In this document: positions 54,893 to 61,278 of the stretch, piece after piece
Layout: every line of letters begins with the position of its first letter
Position numbering within the stretch: the stretch's first letter is position 1
NCBI GenBank assembly: GCA_038252255.1
Contig: JBBSAM010000005.1
Coordinates: 94,040-158,039 of the forward strand
Source: Acidimicrobiia bacterium
GTDB taxonomy: Bacteria > Actinomycetota > Acidimicrobiia > IMCC26256 > JAENVU01
Direction of reading: 5' to 3'
Length of the DNA stretch: 64,000 nucleotides
Notes under the pieces: model-generated
Seen by the model: only the letters and a program-made list of their open reading frames with translations
Told to the model about the DNA's origin: nothing
Databases searched by the model: none
Position numbers and translations under genes: made by a program

Positions 54893-55540
54893 ATGGACCT
54901 TCGCCAATCGCTCATCCCGACCGTCCTCGACGAGTCGGCCCGGGGAGACCGGGCCTTCGACATCTTCTCGCTGCTGCTCCGCGAACGGATCGTCTTCCTC
55001 GGCCAGGAGGTCGACGACCACATCGCCAACCTCATCATCGCCGAGATCCTCCACCTCGAGGCGCGTGATCCGGACAAGGAGATCCAGCTCTACATCAACT
55101 CGCCCGGGGGCGTGGCGTACGCCGGGATGGCGATCTACGACGTGATGCAGCACGTCAGGCCGCCGGTCTCCACGATCTGTGTCGGGATGGGGATGTCCGC
55201 CGCCGCGATGATCCTGTGCGCGGGTGCCCCGGGGAAGCGATTGGCGCTGCCGAGCGCCAAGATCATGATCCACCAGGGCTCCGCCGGGACACGCGGCGCG
55301 CCGAGCGACATGGAGATCCAGCTGCGCGAGGTGCTGTCGACGACGAAGCGGATGGCGCAGATCATCGCCTTCCACTCGGGTCGCTCATTGGAGCAGGTGG
55401 AGCGCGACCTCGACCGCGACTACTTCATGACCGCGCACGAGGCGCTCGAGTACGGGATCATCGACGAGGTGCTCACGCCACGTCGCGGTGTCTCGGCCGA
55501 GCTGTTGGAGCTGGCGGACCAAGCCGCGACCGGGTCGTGA
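54893..55540 (+). CDS. clpP: ATP-dependent Clp protease proteolytic subunit (catalytically competent)
   Basis: It has the Ser (GMGMSAAAM), His (IMIHQG) and Asp (DRDYFMTA) motifs. The RBS GGAGAAAGG lies upstream. Confidence 0.92.
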   Translation: MDLRQSLIPTVLDESARGDRAFDIFSLLLRERIVFLGQEVDDHIANLIIAEILHLEARDPDKEIQLYINSPGGVAYAGMAIYDVMQHVRPPVSTICVGMGMSAAAMILCAGAPGKRLALPSAKIMIHQGSAGTRGAPSDMEIQLREVLSTTKRMAQIIAFHSGRSLEQVERDLDRDYFMTAHEALEYGIIDEVLTPRRGVSAELLELADQAATGS

Positions 55541-55584
55541 TCAGCAGCCCGACTCGCGGCACGCGTACTAGACATTGGTGTTTC

Positions 55585-55657
55585 GGGGCCGTAGCTCAGT
55601 GGTCAGAGCAGGGGACTCATAATCCCTCGGTCGAAGGTTCGATCCCTTCCGGCCCCA
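55585..55657 (+). tRNA. tRNA-Met (anticodon CAT; elongator type, could be lysidine-modified tRNA-Ile2)
   Basis: Hand-folded: GGGGCCG/TA/GCTC-AGTGGTCA-GAGC/A/GGGGA-CTCATAA-TCCCT/CGGTC/GAAGG-TTCGATC-CCTTC/CGGCCCC/A. The 1:72 positions are paired and 31:39 is A-U, so it is not an initiator. Confidence 0.88.
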
Positions 55658-55702
55658 CGCAGGCTATGGACTGGCCCGCCAGATGGTCGACGGCGGCGAT
55701 GG

Positions 55703-56752
55703 CTACTCGGGGAGGAGTCCGCCGCCAGGGCGGATGACTTCGGCGACCGTCGTTCGCGTCACCATCCATCGCTCGCCTGAGTGGACGACCGTCCCGACGA
55801 ACGAGAACCGGGCTCCCGTGTTGAGGACCAGCACGAAGCCGGCTGATGCGGCCGTGTCAGTCGTGAAGCGCACCCGGTCCACGACCACCTCGGAGACGCG
55901 GACGTCGCCGAAGCGCGCCCCGAACTCCAGCATGATCGGGACGAGGTGCTCGCCGTCCTCCAGGAGCTCGATGGCCTCATCGTCGAGTGCGGGACCAAAG
56001 ACGACGGTCAGCGCGTGGACGATCTCTTCGACGGCACGTGGATCGTCCGCCGGCGGGCTCCCGAACACTCGCGGCGGCAACACCAGGAGGCCGGTGTCGT
56101 CGGGCGCGGCTTCGAGGGCGACGTGCGCCGCGATGATGCACACCTCGCACATGAGTGCTGCGTTCGCGGCGACGTAGTGGCGGACTTCCCAGAGGTCTCG
56201 ACCGCAGAACGAGCAGGACGGCGCCAGCCCGCCACCAACGACACTGCCGATCGGTCGGTGCACTTCGAACGGAGCTTCCACGCCGGTCGCGGCACCAGCT
56301 GCGGGCTCGACTCCCGGATTGCCCGACAGCAGCTGGATCACGCGTTTCCGCACCACCGCCAGATCGGCGCCGAGGTTCGCGAGCGCCTGCGCGCCCACGC
56401 CCTCTCCCTCTCGGATGAGGCCCAGCAAGATGTGCTCGGTGCCGATGTAGTTGTGGCCGAGCTCCAGCGCCTCTCGCAGCGAGAGCTCAAGAACCTTCTT
56501 GGCCCGCGGTGTGAAGGGGATGTGACCCGACGGCGCTTGACCGCCATGACCGATGATCTCGTGGACCTGTGTGCGCGCGTCGTCGAGCGAGATCTCGAGC
56601 GATTCGAGCGCCTCGGCTGCGACGCCCTCACCTTCGTGGATCAGACCAAGCAGGATGTGCTCGGTGCCGATGTAGTTGTGGTTGAGCAGGCGTGCTTCTT
56701 CCTGCGCCAGAACCACAACGCGTCGGGCCCGGTCGGAGAAGCGCTCGAACAC
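55703..56752 (-). CDS. ClpC1-type N-terminal domain (2 Clp_N repeats) + ClpX-type C4 zinc ribbon + unknown C-terminal domain; no AAA+ module
   Basis: Residues 1-143 (MFERFSDRARRVVVLAQEEARLLNHNYIGTEHILLGLIHEGEGVAA...VIQLLSG) closely track the canonical actinobacterial ClpC1 N-domain. CSFCG-x18-CEVC (C180, C183, C202, C205) matches the ClpX zinc-binding domain pattern. The C-terminal 130 aa or so are unassigned. Confidence 0.8.
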   Translation of the reverse strand: MFERFSDRARRVVVLAQEEARLLNHNYIGTEHILLGLIHEGEGVAAEALESLEISLDDARTQVHEIIGHGGQAPSGHIPFTPRAKKVLELSLREALELGHNYIGTEHILLGLIREGEGVGAQALANLGADLAVVRKRVIQLLSGNPGVEPAAGAATGVEAPFEVHRPIGSVVGGGLAPSCSFCGRDLWEVRHYVAANAALMCEVCIIAAHVALEAAPDDTGLLVLPPRVFGSPPADDPRAVEEIVHALTVVFGPALDDEAIELLEDGEHLVPIMLEFGARFGDVRVSEVVVDRVRFTTDTAASAGFVLVLNTGARFSFVGTVVHSGERWMVTRTTVAEVIRPGGGLLPE

Positions 56753-56832
56753 ACCTGGATCCTACGTCCGTCGCCGGTGCAACGGACCGGCCGATCCGCC
56801 CCCAACACGCGCGAGGAAGGAAACGACCTCCG

Positions 56833-58251
56833 TCACGGTGCCGTGAGATCCAGGACCGCGCGCGCCCAGGCGTCGGAGCTCTGGCGCGCTTCCTCGTACC
56901 GGTCGACGAGCTCGGGATCGGGTTCGACCCGGGCGATGATCGGGTTCAACGTGTCGAGGTCCACTGGCGCTCCGACCGCGTCACCCACGACGACCCGGGC
57001 GCCGACCGATGCCGCGTCGTCGATCTCCCGCCGCACGAGCGGGAGCTGGGTCGTGGCGGCGAGGACCTCGCGCCAGAGCATGCCCTTCGCCCCGCCACCG
57101 GCGATGACGAGCGCGGTCGCGCCGCGCGCGATCAGCTCGAGGCAGCGGGACACGTCGTAGGCCACGGACTCGATGACTGCACGGGTGAGCTCTCCCGGTC
57201 CGTGGGCACTGGTCAGGCCGGCAAACGCCGCGTGCGCGTCGGGCTGCCACCAGGGCGCACGCGCTCCATGGAGCCACGGCAGCGCGATCACCCCGTTGGC
57301 GCCCGGGGGAGAGGCCGCGGCTTCGGTGAGCAGGACCTCGGTAGGTCGCCCGGTGAGGCGCTCCAGCCAGTCCAGCGCGGCGCCGCTCGCGGACAACCCG
57401 GCTTCGACGACGTACCCGCGCCGGGCACCCCGGGACACCGCGGCCACCATCGGGAGCATGCCGATCGGACCGGGGTGAGGGATCGAGACATTCGTCGTCG
57501 TGCCCCAGGAGACCATCGGGGTCTCGTCACCTGCGCCGGTTCCCACGACCTCGCAGGCCCGGTCGCCGCCTCCGAGCACGACGGTCGTGCCGGACCCGAG
57601 GCCGAGATCGGCGAGGCCGTTGGCGGAGCCATCCAGTGCGACGACCGTCGTCGCGGTGACCACCGGGGGAAGCAGTGAGCCGATCTCATCGGCCACGCCC
57701 ACGGTGCCGTCCAAGCCGTACAGGCCGGTGCGCGACGCCAGGGTCTCGTCCGTCAGCACCTGGCCGGTCAGGCGCGCGGCAACGAAGTCGCGCGGTGCGA
57801 GCAGCCAGCGAGCGGACTTGACGAGATCCGGTTCGTGGTCGACCAGCCAGGCCACCTTGGCCGCGCAGCACGCGGCGTTGAGCACGACGCCGGTACGGGC
57901 GCGGAAGTCGTCCGGGTCGCCGAAGTGCAGCACTCCCATACCGCCGCGTTGGTCGGACCACAAGATTCCCGGCCCGAGAGGCTCGAGATCCCGGCCGAAC
58001 AGCGCGAACGTCTCACGCGCGGCCGAGAAGCCGATCGCCTCCACCTGCTGATACGCGTCGGGCGCGTCGTCGCGCAGCTGCGCGCACGCGTCGACGACCG
58101 AGCCCCACCAGTCCCGCGGGTCCTGCTCGGCCCAACCCGCTCGCGAATGGGTGGTGTCGATCTCGCTGCGGGCGATCGCGACGAACCCGTCGTCGTCCCA
58201 GAGGGCTGCCTTGGTCGCGCTGGTACCGAGGTCGAGCGTGAGCACCGTCAT
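56833..58251 (-). CDS. FGGY-family carbohydrate kinase
   Basis: ATG 58251 gives MTVLTLDLGTSATKAALWD... FGGY N- and C-domains are present. The 232 upstream codons of track ORF 56833..58947 overlap the next gene and were rejected. Confidence 0.85.
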   Translation of the reverse strand: MTVLTLDLGTSATKAALWDDDGFVAIARSEIDTTHSRAGWAEQDPRDWWGSVVDACAQLRDDAPDAYQQVEAIGFSAARETFALFGRDLEPLGPGILWSDQRGGMGVLHFGDPDDFRARTGVVLNAACCAAKVAWLVDHEPDLVKSARWLLAPRDFVAARLTGQVLTDETLASRTGLYGLDGTVGVADEIGSLLPPVVTATTVVALDGSANGLADLGLGSGTTVVLGGGDRACEVVGTGAGDETPMVSWGTTTNVSIPHPGPIGMLPMVAAVSRGARRGYVVEAGLSASGAALDWLERLTGRPTEVLLTEAAASPPGANGVIALPWLHGARAPWWQPDAHAAFAGLTSAHGPGELTRAVIESVAYDVSRCLELIARGATALVIAGGGAKGMLWREVLAATTQLPLVRREIDDAASVGARVVVGDAVGAPVDLDTLNPIIARVEPDPELVDRYEEARQSSDAWARAVLDLTAP

Positions 58252-59132
58252 CGCGCGGCGAGAGCTCGGATCACCTTCGCCATGGCAGAGAAGTCCTCCC
58301 GGCCGTACCCGGCCGCGCTCGCCGAACCGAGGATCTGGCGGACGATCCCGGATGTGAACAACGGCGTACCGGATCTCGCGGCGTAGTCGATCGCCAGGTC
58401 GAGGTCCTTCGCCATGAGGTCGGTCATGAACCCGGGCGCCCACCCGTTGGAAGCCGGGCTGTCCGGGATCGCGCCCTCGGCGGGCAGGCGGGTCCGCACA
58501 GCGACGCAGTCGCCCGTCGCGTGCGTGAGGATCTCGTACAGCTGCGCCATCTCTACGCCGGCTTGCTGTGCCATGACGGTTGCCTCGGAGGTCGCGAGCA
58601 TCTGCGCGGCGTAGATGAGGTTGTTGCAGAGCTTGACCACTTGGCCCATTCCCGGCCCGCCGACGTGGACGACCAGTCCGGCGAACGGGTCCAGCGCCGG
58701 TCGCGCCGCGGCCAGTGTCGCTTCCTCGCCTCCGACCATGAGCGTGAGCTGACCCTTCTGCGCACCGACCGTCCCGCCGGAGAGAGGAGCCTCGAGGTAG
58801 CCGGCTCCGGTGGCGGACACCCGTTCGTGCTGCTCGCGTTCCACGTCCGGATCGATCGTCGAGGTGTCCACCACGACCTTTCCCGGACCCAGCGCGCGGA
58901 GCGCGACATCGAGCACGGCGACGACATCGGGCGAGCTCGGCAGGCACAGGATCGTGACGTCGCTCACGTCTACGACATCCGCCGCGTCGGTGCCTTCCCG
59001 CGCGCCGAACGCCAACGCGGCTTCGATCGGCGACCGGCTTCGCGACGCGATCGTGACATCGTGTCCGGCCTCGACGATGTGGCGTGCCATCGGCAGACCC
59101 ATGGCGCCCAATCCGATGAATCCGACGTTCAT
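58248..59132 (-). CDS. NAD(P)-dependent beta-hydroxyacid dehydrogenase (3-hydroxyisobutyrate/tartronate semialdehyde reductase family)
   Basis: ATG 59132 gives MNVGFIGLGAMGLPMA (Rossmann GxGxxG). The catalytic Lys region is GQVVKLCNN. It forms an ATGA overlap with the kinase gene. Confidence 0.85.
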   Translation of the reverse strand: MNVGFIGLGAMGLPMARHIVEAGHDVTIASRSRSPIEAALAFGAREGTDAADVVDVSDVTILCLPSSPDVVAVLDVALRALGPGKVVVDTSTIDPDVEREQHERVSATGAGYLEAPLSGGTVGAQKGQLTLMVGGEEATLAAARPALDPFAGLVVHVGGPGMGQVVKLCNNLIYAAQMLATSEATVMAQQAGVEMAQLYEILTHATGDCVAVRTRLPAEGAIPDSPASNGWAPGFMTDLMAKDLDLAIDYAARSGTPLFTSGIVRQILGSASAAGYGREDFSAMAKVIRALAAR

Positions 59133-59214
59133 AGACCCACTCCGACCCACGGCGCGACTGGTGGTGCGACCAGCGATCTTGACGCTACCAGCGGCCCTCC
59201 GTACGGTGACGTCC

Positions 59215-59706
59215 GTGTCAGGCTCTGATCGCCAGATCGCACCCACGAGCATCGCCGCGCGATTGGCCGAGCTCGGGCTCGAGCTCCCGGGTCCGTACCT
59301 GCCGCATGAGCCATTGGACGCGGTCGTGATCCATGAGGGTGTGGCGCGCACCTCGGGCCAGCTTCCCCGGGACGCATCCGGGAACCTGGTGCATCCCGGT
59401 CGGCTGGGCGACCCGCTCACGGTGGAGCAAGGCGCAGAAGCCGCGCGCTGGTGCGCGCTCAACGCACTCTCCGTGCTGAACGCGGAGCTGGGTGGCCTCG
59501 ACGGCATCAAGCGCGTCCTCACGGTGCTTGGTCTGGTCGCGTGCGAACCCCACTTCCTCGAGCAGCCCGCGGTGATCGATGGTGCGAGCCGCCTGCTCTA
59601 CGAGGTGTTCGGCTCCGCGGGTCGGCATTCGCGTTCAGCAATCGGGGTTGCCGCGCTGCCGCGTGGTGGCGCCGTCGAGATCGAGGTCGCGGTTGCGCTC
59701 CGGTGA
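59215..59706 (+). CDS. RidA/YjgF-family protein
   Basis: It has YjgF/L-PSP-like sequence (...ARTSGQLPRD...RSAIGVAALPRGGAVEIEV). GTG 59215 is preceded by TTGACG-17 nt-TACGGT. GTG 59206 is an alternative start. Confidence 0.7.
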   Translation: MSGSDRQIAPTSIAARLAELGLELPGPYLPHEPLDAVVIHEGVARTSGQLPRDASGNLVHPGRLGDPLTVEQGAEAARWCALNALSVLNAELGGLDGIKRVLTVLGLVACEPHFLEQPAVIDGASRLLYEVFGSAGRHSRSAIGVAALPRGGAVEIEVAVALR

Positions 59707-59763
59707 CCCCGGGTACCGGCGAGTCGACGCGCTGGCCGCTGGCCACCGACTGCTACACCTCAG

Positions 59764-60525
59764 GTGAACGACCTCGCGTGCACCGTCGTGGTCGAGAGCG
59801 ATCTCGACGTGCTCGCTCGGCACGCAGCGCGAACCGCCGCTGACGCGATCGGCGCAGGCATCGCCGAGCGCGGTACCGCCAACGTGATGTTCGCGTCCGG
59901 CACGTCGCAGCTCGCATTTCTCGCCGAGCTCGCGAAGCTCCCAGAGGTCGAGTGGTCCTCCGTCACCGGGTTCCACATGGACGAGTACGTCGGCGTGGGA
60001 TCGGATGAGCCGCCGAGCTTCGCCCGCTACATGCGGGAGCGCGTCGCGGAGACGGTGCATCCGCGCGAGTTTCACTACCTCGACGGTGCCGCGCTGGACC
60101 CGACCGCCGAGTGCGCCCGCTACGGGGCCCTGCTCGCCGACCACCCGCTCGATCTCTGCTGCCTCGGCATCGGCGAGAACGGTCATCTCGCGTTCAACGA
60201 TCCGCCGGTTGCGGACTTCGAGGATCCCCAGACCGTGAAGGTCGTCGAGCTCGACGACGCCTGCAAGCGCCAGCAGGTGGGGGAGGGGCACTTCCGCTCG
60301 GTCGACGCGGTGCCACCGTACGCGATGACCGTCACGATCCCCGCCCTGCTGCGGGCGACGGTCGCATTGGCGATCGTGCCCGAGCGCCGCAAGGCGGTTG
60401 CGGTCCGTGACGCGCTCGAGGGACCGGTGAGCACTCGCTGCCCAGCTTCGATCCTGCAGCGCACCCCGCACGCCGTCCTGTATCTGGACTGGGACTCGGC
60501 GTCGCTCCTTAGACTCGATCGATGA
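59764..60525 (+). CDS. Glucosamine-6-phosphate deaminase/isomerase family protein (NagB/6-phosphogluconolactonase-like)
   Basis: It has the ASGTSQ, MDEYVG and GIGENGHLAFNDP motifs. Confidence 0.82.
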   Translation: MNDLACTVVVESDLDVLARHAARTAADAIGAGIAERGTANVMFASGTSQLAFLAELAKLPEVEWSSVTGFHMDEYVGVGSDEPPSFARYMRERVAETVHPREFHYLDGAALDPTAECARYGALLADHPLDLCCLGIGENGHLAFNDPPVADFEDPQTVKVVELDDACKRQQVGEGHFRSVDAVPPYAMTVTIPALLRATVALAIVPERRKAVAVRDALEGPVSTRCPASILQRTPHAVLYLDWDSASLLRLDR

Positions 60526-61208
60526 GCACCCGCCGCGATCGGATCCGCGCGGCGAACCCGGACCTGACCGTCCTCGGCTTCCCCGGCGTCGTCGAGCTCC
60601 GCCGCCGGCTGCCCCGCCTCGCCGTGGGTCTGCTCGCGCTGGGTGTCGGGATCGCGCTGATGGTAGAGGCGCGACTGGGCGTGAGCCCCTACGACGTGTT
60701 GCACCAGGGTCTCGCTGACCTCACCGGCCTGAGCTTCGGCACCGTCGTGATCGGGCTCGGCGTGATCGTCCTCTTCCTCTGGATCCCGCTCGGTCAGCGC
60801 CTCGGCATCGGGACGGTGATCAACACCCTCACCGTCGGTCTCATCGTCGACGCGTTCCTGGGCTGGACCCCGGATCCGCACACGATCGGCCTGCGCTGGG
60901 TGTACCTGCTCGGCGGGATCGTGATCATCGCGTTCGGGGTCGGGCTGTACATCGGTGCGGGGCTCGGTCCGGGTCCACGGGACGGGTTGATGACGGGCAT
61001 CGCGGCCAAGGGGTACCCGCTCTGGCTCGTCCGCACCGGGCTCGAGCTCACTGCGCTCGTCGCGGGTTGGGTCCTCGGCGGTGACGTCGGTGTCGGGACG
61101 CTGCTGTTCGCGTTCGGGATCGGCCCGCTCGGCCACTTCTTCCTGCTCCGGCTCCACCTGGGGGTCGGCGGCGGTGACCCCGACCCGACCGCGACCATCG
61201 GCGAGTAG
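60522..61208 (+). CDS. YczE/YitT-like integral membrane protein
   Basis: It has about 6 TM segments and a GVSPYDVLHQGL motif. It overlaps the upstream stop. The family assignment is tentative. Confidence 0.6.
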   Translation: MSTRRDRIRAANPDLTVLGFPGVVELRRRLPRLAVGLLALGVGIALMVEARLGVSPYDVLHQGLADLTGLSFGTVVIGLGVIVLFLWIPLGQRLGIGTVINTLTVGLIVDAFLGWTPDPHTIGLRWVYLLGGIVIIAFGVGLYIGAGLGPGPRDGLMTGIAAKGYPLWLVRTGLELTALVAGWVLGGDVGVGTLLFAFGIGPLGHFFLLRLHLGVGGGDPDPTATIGE

Positions 61209-61220
61209 CCCGATCTCAGG

Positions 61221-61268
61221 TTCTCGGCACGCTGAAGGGGCTCTGGGGCCCTTTGAGCGTGCCGAGAA
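61221..61268. terminator. Bidirectional hairpin between convergent genes
   Basis: It has a perfect 13-bp outer stem, TTCTCGGCACGCT (61221-61233) / AGCGTGCCGAGAA (61256-61268), with an inner AAGGG...CCCTT stem. Confidence 0.55.
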
Positions 61269-61278
61269 GGGCCTTGGT

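Noticed and set aside
58252-58947. The upstream extension of the FGGY kinase ORF (704-aa track ORF).
   Set aside because: It overlaps the beta-hydroxyacid dehydrogenase gene out of frame. Kinase homology starts at MTVLTLDLGTS (ATG 58251).
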